Source: an uncultured delta proteobacterium (GTDB taxonomy: Bacteria > Desulfobacterota > Binatia > Binatales > Binataceae). Taken from it: 64,000 nt of DNA. The notes under the pieces are model-generated. The model did not search any database, had not been told where the DNA came from, and saw only the letters and a list, made by a program, of their open reading frames with translations. The translations under genes and the position numbers were made by a program. Of this stretch, positions 49,244-59,141 are shown piece by piece. The stretch spans positions 1,440,001 to 1,504,000 of the forward strand of contig CAWCDG010000004.1 of NCBI GenBank assembly GCA_963794325.1. Direction: 5' to 3'. The first letter of the stretch is position 1, and each line of letters opens with the position of its first letter.

Positions 49244-49690
49244 ATGACTCTAACCCGCAAAGTATTGGCTGCAGGAGCCGTCGCGGCCTTCGTCGCGTTC
49301 CCGATTTCCGGGGCCTTCGCTCAGAGCTCGGGCTCGATGAACGACAGCGGATCAGCGGCCTCGGCGCCGCCATCGGAGGGCGCTCCCGCGGCTGAGAATG
49401 CTCAGCCGGCTCCGGCTGCTGCCCAGGTAGATGATGCGACCCTGCAGAAGGCGGCCAAGGCCTACGTGAAGGTCAAACAGATTGTGCATCAAACGAAGCA
49501 GGCGGAGTCGGCCAGCAATGGTGCTACACCTGATCAGTCGGCTGCGCAGTCAGAGAAAATTGCGGCGGTGAAGAATGAAGGCCTGGATCCTCAGCAGTAC
49601 GATCAGGTCATCCAGATGGTTCAGAACGATCCCGGGCTTCAGCAGAAATTCGCGAACTACGTGAATCAGAACGGCGGCGACACCGACTAA
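49244..49690 (+). CDS. DUF4168-like exported protein
   Basis: Signal peptide AFA; LQKAAKAY, AVKNEGLDPQQYDQV..VQNDPGL; RBS GAGG. Confidence 0.75.
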   Translation: MTLTRKVLAAGAVAAFVAFPISGAFAQSSGSMNDSGSAASAPPSEGAPAAENAQPAPAAAQVDDATLQKAAKAYVKVKQIVHQTKQAESASNGATPDQSAAQSEKIAAVKNEGLDPQQYDQVIQMVQNDPGLQQKFANYVNQNGGDTD

Positions 49691-49774
49691 AGTCGGAGCG
49701 CCGACCGCCCTCGCAGACGACCTCTCCCGCAGGATCCTGCGGGAGAGGTCGAAGGCGGAACTATAAGAATAATC

Positions 49775-49860
49775 GCCTGCGCGGCGAGCGGCAGGGGTGA
49801 CCCCTGCACCCAGTGTGAATCGCGAAATGTTGAGGACAACCTTTCGCTCTCAGGGTCGAG
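49775..49860 (+). repeat. Repeat family A, copy 7
   Basis: 5' flank shared with copy 1 (GCCTGCGCGGCGNGCGGCAGGGG); tail shared with copy 6. Confidence 0.85.
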
Positions 49861-49947
49861 GTGAGGAGGGCGAACATAAAGCTGTGATGTTCGGCTTTCA
49901 TCCATCAGGGTGCGCAGCGGATGATCAACTAACCCTTCGCACGCGAA

Positions 49948-50096
49948 GAGACCTTTGCATAACTGGTCGCCGCCTCTTCCCCTCTCCCATCGGGAGAGGA
50001 TTAAGCTGAGGGACCTTATACAGCGCGCTTTTTTGAGCGCGATTCAAGATTCTGTTGCTCCTCTAATTCTATCGACCGAGGTTACGCGAAGGTCTC
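49948..50096. mobile_element. Putative 149-bp MITE
   Basis: Imperfect terminal inverted repeats GAGACCTTTGCATAAC / GTTACGCGAAGGTCTC, AA on both flanks; contains a family B hairpin. Confidence 0.55.
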
Positions 50097-50124
50097 AAGG
50101 GAAAGGAGAACCGGATCTTTCTCA

Positions 50125-51750
50125 TTAGTCAGGACGCACCAGTCCGGATAGACCGGCGAACAGGAGGGGCGTGATCGTCCAGCCGGCCAAAATGTGTAGC
50201 CATAGGTAGTATCTTAACAGGCGGCTGGGGAGGGAGCTGGCGTCGGGGGACTGGTCGGTGCGGGTTACTCGGCCGGATACGACGTGGCGCGGGTTGGGGC
50301 GCCAGTATTTGTCCTGGTGCAATTCGACTACCGGCAGGAAATTTTCCAGGGAATAGATCAGCGGATGGAAGACCGGATAATGCGGCGGCGCTTCTCCGGT
50401 CGCGACGAACTCGCGATAGGCGGCCTCCTCGGTCGGCGTGATGACGCGCATCCGATAGCCCCATCCGAATAGAATCGTGCCGAGGCCGACGAAACCGCCA
50501 ATCCACCAGAGCGCGCGCAACGGCACGTAGCCGAAGCCGATCGTCGATTGCATCACCAGGCTCCACGCCCGCCGCGCGAGGCTCTCATGGCCGAGGCGGC
50601 GCTGCGCGATTTCCTTGGCGATACGCACCTGGATCGCGCCGTCGTCGCGGCCCATCTCGCTTAAGACTTTTGCCAGTTGGCGATATGGCTGCGGATGGTA
50701 TTCCGCCGGTTGCAACCCGAGCCATCGCAAGCGCGAGTCGCCGTCGCTGGGACCGCCGGCGATGTCGTTGTACACGAAACCGTTGACGATCAGATTGCCG
50801 GGTGCAGGCCAGCTCTCCTCGTCATCCCAAATTGCGCCGGCGTGCGCGTCCTCGAGGTCGAGCACGGTCTTGGGTGTATGCTTCACCTCAACCCAATAGA
50901 ACGTGCCGTCGATAGTCGCGCGCTCGGCATCGAGTTGTCCGTCGCCCTTGAACTCGACGCCGTGAAAGCTGAGGTCGTGGCCGATCTTTGCCAGCCGCGC
51001 GTACACTATGCCGTCGGTGGTGAAGCCGTCGTGAAACAGCACGTCGCCGCCGACGTTGGTTTCGATCAGGTCAACGGCGTCGTAGCCGGGATTGGAGATT
51101 CGGGCGCCGGACAAGTCCAGGGTCCCGTCGATTCGCGCGCGCATGAAGCTAACGGGCCCGAACTCGCCCATCAAAAACGACGCGTCGCCGTGGATGTTCG
51201 CGAGGTTGCCGAAGATCGCGCCGGTGCGCGAGCGCCGCACGGTTATGTCCTGCAGATGGGCGGATAGCAGGTTGATTCCGTCGGGGAGGTAGCATCGGAT
51301 GAGCGTCAGTGGCTTGTCGACGGTGGCGTAGGAGAGATCGAGATTGCCGGCAATTCGCGCGCCCGCCAGAGCCAGTCCGCTGGGATGAACGAATCGCGAC
51401 GCATTGGGATCGCTGAGCAGCCAAACGACCACTTCGGCGCGGACGGTGCGATCGATTCCCCAAGTCTCGCCGTGCGCGGTATCGTTGGTGGCGTTATCGG
51501 TATCGTCGCTGGGGCCGAACCACGGCACGTCGCGCAACGGCGCCGCATGCAGAAGTTTTCGTTCTGCCGCGCTAATCGAAGCGCCGAATTTCTGCTGCGC
51601 CATCGCATTCAGCGCGACTTCCGAACTATTTCCACTTGAATCGGCCACGCCGGCCGCGGCCGCGAAGGACGCCGATGCTGTGACGGTCAGTAATGCGATC
51701 ACGATCGCCGCTGCGGATACTTTTCGACTTATGAATATCAGTGGACGCAA
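50125..51750 (-). CDS. Membrane-anchored protein with beta-helix-like repeats (often labelled membrane-associated oxidoreductase)
   Basis: GARIAGNLDL / ARIDGTLDL repeats; PQPYRQLAKVL, GFGYVPLRAL, YSLENFLPVVEL; start uncertain. Confidence 0.7.
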   Translation of the reverse strand: MRPLIFISRKVSAAAIVIALLTVTASASFAAAAGVADSSGNSSEVALNAMAQQKFGASISAAERKLLHAAPLRDVPWFGPSDDTDNATNDTAHGETWGIDRTVRAEVVVWLLSDPNASRFVHPSGLALAGARIAGNLDLSYATVDKPLTLIRCYLPDGINLLSAHLQDITVRRSRTGAIFGNLANIHGDASFLMGEFGPVSFMRARIDGTLDLSGARISNPGYDAVDLIETNVGGDVLFHDGFTTDGIVYARLAKIGHDLSFHGVEFKGDGQLDAERATIDGTFYWVEVKHTPKTVLDLEDAHAGAIWDDEESWPAPGNLIVNGFVYNDIAGGPSDGDSRLRWLGLQPAEYHPQPYRQLAKVLSEMGRDDGAIQVRIAKEIAQRRLGHESLARRAWSLVMQSTIGFGYVPLRALWWIGGFVGLGTILFGWGYRMRVITPTEEAAYREFVATGEAPPHYPVFHPLIYSLENFLPVVELHQDKYWRPNPRHVVSGRVTRTDQSPDASSLPSRLLRYYLWLHILAGWTITPLLFAGLSGLVRPD

Positions 51751-51876
51751 AGCTTTGATGCCGCGCAAGCGCGGTCGGTCGCATCGGGGAATATCAGCGG
51801 CGAGCCGAAGCATGCAAGCAAAGGAGCGCTGCGCGATTTCAAAACCGGAACCGGCTCCGCTATGGCGAAGCTGTCC

Positions 51877-51921
51877 GAGATCCTTCCTGCCGCTCGCGTT
51901 GCTCGCTCTGTCAGGATGACA
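51877..51921. repeat. GAGATCCTTC...TCAGGATGACA REP-like element (family C)
   Basis: Reverse complement TGTCATCCTGA...GAAGGATCTC resembles a widespread intergenic repeat type; shares the CCTTC..TCAGGA frame with the 23-nt inserts. Confidence 0.55.
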
Positions 51922-51930
51922 AACAAAGCG

Positions 51931-51963
51931 AAAAAAAGCCGCGCCGGGATTAACCGGCGCGGC
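51931..51963 (-). terminator. Intrinsic terminator
   Basis: 10-bp stem GCCGCGCCGG / CCGGCGCGGC followed by T7 on the minus strand. Confidence 0.85.
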
Positions 51964-51988
51964 CTTCGATTGTGATTGATCGGATTGT

Positions 51989-52657
51989 TTAACCCCTGCG
52001 TTTGCGATGGTGAAGGGGCGTAGGCTTCGGCGGTATCGGGGCACCAATTATCGCGTTATCGATGTCGAAGCAGAACAGCCCTTCGAACGGCCCGGAGTGG
52101 TCCTCATCGCCTATCCAGATCGACATGGGATTCTGCGTGATCGAGGACAGGTCGAGCCCGGTCGCCTCGACGTTCATGGTCCAGGCACCGCAACCCTCGC
52201 CTACGGGAGGCGTCAAGATCCGGACGATTCGCGCAGATACGGTTTCCGGCCCATTAAGCCCGAAGAACGTTCCGTAGTTGGACCCGTTGACGGTATGAGA
52301 AACGAATGGCTCGATATCGTAGTCGAACGGGAAGATCGGGAGAAGAGGGGTATACACGCAAGTTCCGGGAAGGTCGCAGGGGCAACTCTGCTGGGCGAGG
52401 GCGACTTCGACGCCCGACGCGATCGGATCATCCTTGCCATCGTCGCAATCATAGTCGGGATAGTCACCGTTGTTGGTGAAGGTGATATTGAAATTCGTGA
52501 AGTCAGCGTTACCTCCAACATGGACAATCTGCACTCGCTCGGGCCCCAGAGTAATTTCCCCGTTTGGAGCCGGTTGTGCCGATGCCGCGCGCGGCAACAG
52601 ACATAGGGCCACTGCACCCAAAGAACCGATTATCAGACCTTGCAAAGAGAATTTCAT
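51989..52657 (-). CDS. Hypothetical exported Cys-containing protein
   Basis: Signal peptide ending ASA; GGGAGGG upstream of ATG; followed by a terminator. Confidence 0.72.
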   Translation of the reverse strand: MKFSLQGLIIGSLGAVALCLLPRAASAQPAPNGEITLGPERVQIVHVGGNADFTNFNITFTNNGDYPDYDCDDGKDDPIASGVEVALAQQSCPCDLPGTCVYTPLLPIFPFDYDIEPFVSHTVNGSNYGTFFGLNGPETVSARIVRILTPPVGEGCGAWTMNVEATGLDLSSITQNPMSIWIGDEDHSGPFEGLFCFDIDNAIIGAPIPPKPTPLHHRKRRG

Positions 52658-52921
52658 CGTCGACCCTCCCGGTTTGGGCTTGCCCTGCCCCTGATTGCGT
52701 ACGAGATACGGAGCCCCCGCCCCATTCGAGAGCCTCATATACCACGTTGCGTCGTCAAAGGGTAATTGCTCGACTCACATGCCGCTTTGTGAAGTTTGAA
52801 CGATCCTTGTCCATTTCGCAGACAATCCTGCGCACAACCTGTTCGTACGCGGGATGTTGAAACGCTCGAAATCGAAGACGACAATCATCCGAGTTTTTCA
52901 ACCTCCTGCCAGGAGCGTTCC

Positions 52922-53365
52922 GTGGAAGATTCACAGAGAGAGAGGCTGGCTGCGTTGCTGGCTGAGGTTCAGGTTGCGATTCTGGTAACGCAAGGTGAGC
53001 AGTGGCCGACGGCGACGATGCAGGCGTTCGCCGAGACGCCGGAGTTCGATTTGTTGTTCATCATGAACGACGCGACCGAGAAGTTTCAGAATCTGATCAA
53101 GCATCCGTACGTGACGGTGTTCCTCGATGCGCGAGATAAGGGGAAGGTCGAGACGTTCGAGATCTCGCGGGCGCTGATCCAGGGGATAGCCAGCGAAATC
53201 GCGCGCGACGGCGCCGAGTGGGAGTCGATGAAGGAGGTGTTCCTGAAGAAGAGTCCCTTCGAAGCGCCGTTCTTCAAGTATCCGACGCTACGCATGCTGC
53301 GCGTGCGCCCATCGCGGCTGTCGTACGCCGGTGCGGACCGAGTCACGTTCAAAGCGGAGTTCTGA
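52922..53365 (+). CDS. Pyridoxamine 5'-phosphate oxidase-like split-barrel protein
   Basis: VAILVT, KFQNLIKHPYVTVFLD, IQGIA; RBS AGGAG before GTG. Confidence 0.72.
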   Translation: MEDSQRERLAALLAEVQVAILVTQGEQWPTATMQAFAETPEFDLLFIMNDATEKFQNLIKHPYVTVFLDARDKGKVETFEISRALIQGIASEIARDGAEWESMKEVFLKKSPFEAPFFKYPTLRMLRVRPSRLSYAGADRVTFKAEF

Positions 53366-53425
53366 GGAGAGACTGGTGCGACGACAGCGCGTCGCCGCAC
53401 CTTTATCTGTTGGTCGCCTTGCGGG

Positions 53426-53977
53426 CTACTTCACGTCAACTTCCATGCGCATCCAGGGATGGATGCAGCACTGGAATAGATGCTTGCCCTTCGACAGGCC
53501 AGCGATATTGAGCGTGCTGCCTTGCAGGATCCGGGTCCTGGCCACTGCGACGTTGCCAAAGCCGCCACTGCATTCAGGAATAACGCTGGTAGCGCTGCCG
53601 GGGTTGAGCGGCGGCAGGAATCCGTTACCGAAGGCTTTCACCTCCGTAAAGGTGTGGGGCTCGCCGCCTTGGTCGACCACGGAAACGACGGTCCCCTCCT
53701 TGATCGCGAGTGTGTCCGGTTCGAAGTCCCAACCAGGATCGGGCATTCCAGCCTCCGCCCCTGCAAGTAGATTGGCCAGCATGGTGCTATATCCAAGCGT
53801 GATGTTCTTGCAAAAGTCAGGGCCCAGTGCAGCATTGAACGTGGTCGGATCGCATTCGTCCAATGCCACAACTTGGGCGATGTCTGCCGAGTTTCCATTT
53901 CCTTGCGCCCTCACGCGAGGCGCGCCGGCCAGGATCACCCACCCAGCCAGAAGAATCAGCGTTGCTGCCTTTTTCAT
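53426..53977 (-). CDS. Secreted cupredoxin-like copper protein (copy 2)
   Basis: HTFT and CCIHPWM; mature region nearly identical to 20255-20794. Confidence 0.78.
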   Translation of the reverse strand: MKKAATLILLAGWVILAGAPRVRAQGNGNSADIAQVVALDECDPTTFNAALGPDFCKNITLGYSTMLANLLAGAEAGMPDPGWDFEPDTLAIKEGTVVSVVDQGGEPHTFTEVKAFGNGFLPPLNPGSATSVIPECSGGFGNVAVARTRILQGSTLNIAGLSKGKHLFQCCIHPWMRMEVDVK

Positions 53978-54062
53978 TACTCGTTCCTCCTTTTGAAGCG
54001 AACCATTCGTTTATCGCCGCCCGTGTTCAGGCAGCCTGAGTCGCTAGCCAATGGACCGAGGC

Positions 54063-54115
54063 TGAACTTCTCTTGAACTCTGTCTGAACTCGTTGAACTG
54101 AGTCGTTCCTGACAC
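54063..54115. promoter_or_regulatory. TGAACT direct-repeat array, putative operator
   Basis: TGAACT at 54063, 54074, 54085, 54094; TGACAC at 54110. Confidence 0.55.
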
Positions 54116-54198
54116 TGAGGCGTGACGGATCAGGGCACGACGTGCCGTTATCGGGCACGAATCAGGGGGCGGCGCGAATTGGCGCGCGAGAGAGGAAT

Positions 54199-56076
54199 CT
54201 ACAACTGCCAGGAGACTGGATGCGTGGGGTCGGGATCGTAGGCGCAAAAGTTACCGGTCTTGATGGAAGCGGCGAGATAGCGGCCCAGCGAAGCGTCGCC
54301 GGTGCGGATCCTGATGATCGCTGCCTTGATCGCCTTAGTCACCATCAGCCGCGCCCGCTCGCTGTGAGAAGCGGCCTTCCGGACTCGTCCGCCCAACCCT
54401 ACCGCGGCGCCAATCTGATCGCGAAGCGCCTCCAGCTCGGAGCGGAGGTGCGATGCCCGCGATGCGTCGTTGAGCTCCGCAGCTTCCGCCAGTTCCGCGC
54501 GCAGCTCGCCGATGCGGGCGCGGTATTGCCCGCAGGCCTTGGCATCGAGCAACGCGCCGGCGTCGCCGAGGTTTGCGGCGGTGCCGACCCCATCTATCGA
54601 TGCGCGTCGTTTACCGTTTGGTGTCGCAGCGGCGGCAAGTTCGTAGGCCAGAACCTGACGGCCGGGATTCGCCAACAGGTAGGCGATGTAGTGAAAGCCC
54701 TTAGCGTGCTTGAGGCGGATCACCTTGCCTCGCGATGAAACCGTCCAATATTCGCCTTCTCGCCGGAATACCGCTCGGGTCGAGGCGGTAACTTGCTGAG
54801 ATCCGTTCCTTGCTCCCCCTGCACTATTGCCGCCGTTGGCGCGGACGAGGTCGCCTTCCACACCGTCAATCCAACTCTGGTCCGCACCGTGTCCGCGATA
54901 GATCTCGATTGCCTTGTCGAGCTTTTCGATCGCCGCCCGACGATTGGCGCCTGCCAGCAGCGCGTGGCCCCAACTCTGGAATGTCCGCGCCTCCTGCCAC
55001 ACCATCCCATGGCGTCGAAAGGTTTCGGCTGCCTTAACGAATTGTGCTTCGGACTCGCTCCACGATCCTCGTGACGCAGCGACCACTGCTTCAGCCCGCG
55101 CGACCAGCCCGGCCAGCCCTTCCTCGCCGGAAGCGAGAATCTCGCGGCATCTTTCGAGTTCCGCGATAGCGTCGTCCGCACTTGCCGATTCGTCGCCGGC
55201 CATATCGCCGGAGACGGCGTCGGCCAGAGTTTGTTCGGGCCGTGGGCTATGAGGCTCCCCGGTTATGAATTCCTCGGTCTGGTCGAGAAGGAAGTCCAGC
55301 AGGTCCCGATCCAGAGCTTGAAGCGCGTGGTCGTCGCCAGGCAGCTCGACATATTTGGCTCCCGGGATATTACTGGCCAGGTACCGTCCGTTTTCGACCC
55401 GAACAGTCGCATCGCCCACGCGATGCAAGATAAGGGTCGGGACCCGTATCGACGGCAGAAGATCGCCGACGTCTATCTCATAGTTCGCCCGCATCAAGGC
55501 GAGGATCGCGCTCGGACTGGCAACGGCTCGCTCGAGCCGGCCCATCATCTGGAGATACGCTCTATCTTGCGCGCGGCTCGGCGCATTGACGCCGACCAGG
55601 ATGCCTTCACCCCAATGGTCTTCGAGCATCTTAAGGAATTTTTCATAGTCCTCGCGACTGATGGGCTTCGGGGGCGACTTTATCGACGCATAGGTACCGT
55701 ACAGGACAAGGCTCGAGACGCGCTCGGGATACATAGCGGCGAACTTGAGACACATCTGGCCGCCTTCCGACCAGCCATAAACCGTCGCGCGCTTCGACCC
55801 GACCGCATCCATCACCGCCTGCATGTCGCTGACGCGCTCTTCCAGTGTCTGGCTGGCGTCCCGATCCGAGAGTCCCTGGCCACGCTTGTCGAAGATGATT
55901 ACCCGCGCGAAGGAGGCCAGTCGTCTCAGCATGTACCCGTAAGCAGGCATCTCCCAGAAGAGCTCGACGTGCGAGACGGTGCCCGGCACAAGTATGATGT
56001 CGCGCGGGCCGTCGCCGAAGACGCGGTACGCGAGGTGAACGTCGCCGTTTTTGGCGTACCTGGTTTCAGCTTCCAT
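54199..56076 (-). CDS. Alpha/beta hydrolase fused to a short TPR and a C-terminal putative DNA-binding module
   Basis: TRYAKNGDVHLAY, DKRGQGLSD, GWSEGG, LPGDDH; C-terminus homologous to the N-terminus of 2159-5536. Confidence 0.82.
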   Translation of the reverse strand: MEAETRYAKNGDVHLAYRVFGDGPRDIILVPGTVSHVELFWEMPAYGYMLRRLASFARVIIFDKRGQGLSDRDASQTLEERVSDMQAVMDAVGSKRATVYGWSEGGQMCLKFAAMYPERVSSLVLYGTYASIKSPPKPISREDYEKFLKMLEDHWGEGILVGVNAPSRAQDRAYLQMMGRLERAVASPSAILALMRANYEIDVGDLLPSIRVPTLILHRVGDATVRVENGRYLASNIPGAKYVELPGDDHALQALDRDLLDFLLDQTEEFITGEPHSPRPEQTLADAVSGDMAGDESASADDAIAELERCREILASGEEGLAGLVARAEAVVAASRGSWSESEAQFVKAAETFRRHGMVWQEARTFQSWGHALLAGANRRAAIEKLDKAIEIYRGHGADQSWIDGVEGDLVRANGGNSAGGARNGSQQVTASTRAVFRREGEYWTVSSRGKVIRLKHAKGFHYIAYLLANPGRQVLAYELAAAATPNGKRRASIDGVGTAANLGDAGALLDAKACGQYRARIGELRAELAEAAELNDASRASHLRSELEALRDQIGAAVGLGGRVRKAASHSERARLMVTKAIKAAIIRIRTGDASLGRYLAASIKTGNFCAYDPDPTHPVSWQL

Positions 56077-56201
56077 GAGAACCGAGCCTCCGCCAGGCAT
56101 CAGCCAATCCGGCTATGCTGTTTTCGAAACCTCATCGCGCGGGATTATATCAAGGCGCATCCTAGTAACAACTTGCGCGACAGGACCGGCACAGCGCCTC
56201 G

Positions 56202-57731
56202 TCAGAGCGTACCGAGAAAAGCTACCAGGTCCGATTTCTCCTGATCTGTGAAGCCGATTCCGAAGCGCTGATCATAGAAATTCACGACGTCGCCCAGCGT
56301 AACGGCTGAACCGTTGTGGAAGTACGGCGCGCGCGACGCCAATGCGTGCAGGATCGGTCCCTTTACTTTCCCAACATCCGTGCAGACTCCACTGATAAGA
56401 GCCTTGCCGAGATCGGTCACCTCGAATTTCTGCCCGATGAGCGGACCCGCGGTGCATTTCACCTCGAACATGGGCAATCCGGAAACGTCGAGCGCCGGCG
56501 GGGACGCGTCCGCAATTCCGATATTGATAGCCAGCTTCTTCGAATGGTTCCCGACGTTGGGCGAGTCGTGGCAGGTGCCGCAGGTCCCGACGATCGTGTT
56601 CGCGCCCAGCGGATCACTCGCGAACAAGTTGAGGCCGTTTACCCCGCTAATCGTGATGGGCTTGCTGTTGAACACGATCTCGCCGCGTGCGACAGCCGCA
56701 CGGGGGTCATTGAGGCCTGCCGCCGGGGCGTTCTCCCATGGAAGGTAGAGGGTGAAAATTTCCGAGGTGAATCCCGGCGACAGCGCGTCGTTGATCCCGA
56801 TATAAAATTCCTGCTGCGACAGCGCCGCCGGCCCGCCAGTAGCCTGACGTGCATGCAGGTTGCCCGCCTCGTTGTCGAACTCCTGCGCGTCGAAGATAGC
56901 GCTTTCAAAGTTCACGATCTGTGCGATCTCGGGGCCGGTCGGAGGGTTGACCGCCTGCGCGTGGCCGAGCGTCGCGTCGATCGACTGGCTCTCCAGCGAC
57001 GGCTCTCTGCCGTCCCACATGATCGATAGCGGCGCGCAGGTGGTCTGATTCGGCGGGCATTCGGTCAAGAAGCGCAGGTTGGCCGACGGCAGCGGACGCC
57101 GATAGACGGAGATCACCGGCGAGCTGGAAAGCAAATCTGTGCACCCGTAAGGATCGCTAATCACAGAGACTTCATAGTCTCTGGGCACTGCTGGATTGGA
57201 CCCCAGCTGAGTCGCAGGCAATGGCAGGAAGATCCGGATCAGACCCTTGGCAAGCAACAGCTTGTAGGCCTCGCGCTTCGCTGCGAGCGTGCTGACGTCG
57301 TCGCTCGGACAGGTCGCGCCGTCGACCAGTCGGAAGATCGGATCGGTGCCATTGCTCTGGTCGAAGCGATCCTGAATCGAAGCCGTGCTGACTCCCCATC
57401 CGCTGCGCGGCTCGTGGCAAGTCGCGCACGCGCGACCGTTGGTGCCCAAACTCTGAAAGAAAGGATTGGTGGCAGTGTGGGTAGGAGCAGCGAGATTGTA
57501 AGTCTCGACGACGCCGTCTGGATCCGGGTTTTGGAGAATATGCTCTATCACCGGCGGAAAGACTCCGGTGGAGGAGCTCGCGGGCCCGGTATCGTGAACC
57601 TTTAGTGCCAGACCGTGAACCACGGCGGCCCAATGCGGAATCGCTTGATGGTCAGATTGGGTGGCCGCGTTCCCCGACACGGCCAGGAAGAGAATCATCG
57701 CGATACAGCCAACGGTTCGGTTCAGACGCAT
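56202..57731 (-). CDS. Exported di-heme cytochrome c, bCcP/MauG superfamily
   Basis: Signal peptide; CATCH and CGTCH heme motifs; MWDGR, ARGEIVF, RAPYFHNGS, DLVAFL. Confidence 0.85.
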   Translation of the reverse strand: MRLNRTVGCIAMILFLAVSGNAATQSDHQAIPHWAAVVHGLALKVHDTGPASSSTGVFPPVIEHILQNPDPDGVVETYNLAAPTHTATNPFFQSLGTNGRACATCHEPRSGWGVSTASIQDRFDQSNGTDPIFRLVDGATCPSDDVSTLAAKREAYKLLLAKGLIRIFLPLPATQLGSNPAVPRDYEVSVISDPYGCTDLLSSSPVISVYRRPLPSANLRFLTECPPNQTTCAPLSIMWDGREPSLESQSIDATLGHAQAVNPPTGPEIAQIVNFESAIFDAQEFDNEAGNLHARQATGGPAALSQQEFYIGINDALSPGFTSEIFTLYLPWENAPAAGLNDPRAAVARGEIVFNSKPITISGVNGLNLFASDPLGANTIVGTCGTCHDSPNVGNHSKKLAINIGIADASPPALDVSGLPMFEVKCTAGPLIGQKFEVTDLGKALISGVCTDVGKVKGPILHALASRAPYFHNGSAVTLGDVVNFYDQRFGIGFTDQEKSDLVAFLGTL

Positions 57732-57895
57732 ACGCCAAACCTCCCTAATAATGGCCTAATCATTCAGAATGGAACTTGCTGTAGCAGAATGCGTCTCATA
57801 GGGCTACACGTGCATGGAGTCCGATCGCGGGCTGGCGATCGCGTGCAATAAGTGGAATTCTGAGAAGGTCGAGAAACTATTCGGGGGGCAATCCT

Positions 57896-58150
57896 ATGAC
57901 GGAGAGAAAATTGTTCGGGGTGGTTGTTCGGGCGTTCGGCCTTTGGTCCATCGTTCTCGGTGTCTCTGCGATCCATGGAGTCATACAGATCTTCGGCGTT
58001 CGAACCGTAAGTAACTATGATTGGCAACCCGCAGTAGCTTTTGCGGCCTTCTATATGGTTGCGGGTATTGGGCTATTGCGTAAATCAGAACCGATCGTGG
58101 AATTCGCGTACGCTTCGCGCGACTCAAAATCGACCGACAACTCAATTTAG
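57896..58150 (+). CDS. Small membrane protein with two TM helices
   Basis: Two hydrophobic segments; GGGGG upstream of ATG. Confidence 0.65.
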   Translation: MTERKLFGVVVRAFGLWSIVLGVSAIHGVIQIFGVRTVSNYDWQPAVAFAAFYMVAGIGLLRKSEPIVEFAYASRDSKSTDNSI

Positions 58151-58218
58151 CGCGCTGCCTATAAGAATTGCGGGTTTCAACCGCGTGCTATAAGAAGAGC
58201 TATGCCGAGGATCTATAA

Positions 58219-59109
58219 GTGACGACTCTCGCCGATAAAATCGCGCCGTATGCGGCTCAGTTCCGGCGTGACGGGTTCGTCATGGTGCCCGATTTGCTCA
58301 GTCTGGACGAACTCGAGCGGTACGGCGCGGCGGTCGATGAAGCGGTGGCGCGGCGCAAGCGCTTCGACAATCGCAAGCTCGGCGAGAAGACGCCATACGA
58401 GCAGTCGTTCATCCAGTGCATCAACCTGTGGGAGGACGCGCCCGCGGTTCGACCGCTCACGTTTCATCCGATTGTATGCGAGGCGGCGGCGCGCCTGATC
58501 GGCGTCGAGCGGCTGCGGCTATGGCACGATCAGGCGCTGTACAAGGAAGCTGGCGGGCGGCTGACCGATCCGCATCAGGATCAACCGTACTGGCCGATGG
58601 TCGAGACCGACACGATCACGGCGTGGATTCCGTTCGACGGATCGTCGCACACCACCGGATGCATGGGCTATGTGCCGGGATCGCACGCGGTAGGCCTGCG
58701 GGAGTTCGTGAACATCTTCAAGCCCGAGGACGCGCTCGAAATTCTGAAGATGCCGCAGATCAAGGACACGCCACCGGTGTGGGTCGAGGTGCCGCGCGGC
58801 GGAGTCGCGTTCCATCACGGCCTGACGGTGCATATGGCGAAGCCGAATCTCGGATCGCGGACGCGTCGCGTGCATACGATGATTTTTTTTCGCGACGGAT
58901 CGACCCGCAAGAATAATTTCCCGCATGATTCCGTCGAGCGCTATCACGTCGAGATCGGCGCGCCGATCGACAGCCCGGTGACTCCGATTGCGTGGCCGCG
59001 CGCGGCAGGAGACCTGCCCGAACCGCCTGACGCGCCAATCTCGGCGATATTCGCAAAGGCGGTCGAGCTCGGTTCGTTTCCCGACAAAACCGGCCGCGCC
59101 GACCGCTAG
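58219..59109 (+). CDS. Phytanoyl-CoA dioxygenase (PhyH) family Fe(II)/2OG enzyme
   Basis: FRRDGFV, HQDQPYW (HxD), GCMGYVPGSH, distal H in LTVHMA..N...RR. Confidence 0.9.
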   Translation: MTTLADKIAPYAAQFRRDGFVMVPDLLSLDELERYGAAVDEAVARRKRFDNRKLGEKTPYEQSFIQCINLWEDAPAVRPLTFHPIVCEAAARLIGVERLRLWHDQALYKEAGGRLTDPHQDQPYWPMVETDTITAWIPFDGSSHTTGCMGYVPGSHAVGLREFVNIFKPEDALEILKMPQIKDTPPVWVEVPRGGVAFHHGLTVHMAKPNLGSRTRRVHTMIFFRDGSTRKNNFPHDSVERYHVEIGAPIDSPVTPIAWPRAAGDLPEPPDAPISAIFAKAVELGSFPDKTGRADR

Positions 59110-59141
59110 CTATCAGCAGTCGCACGCGGCCAGCAAGGCGC

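Noticed and set aside
31940-49860. Family A repeats as a CRISPR array
   Set aside because: Copies are dispersed in both orientations with no regular spacers and no cas genes
51751-52047. N-terminal extension of ORF 50125-52047
   Set aside because: Runs through a repeat, a terminator and the end of the upstream gene; a later start near 51750 gives a signal-like N-terminus
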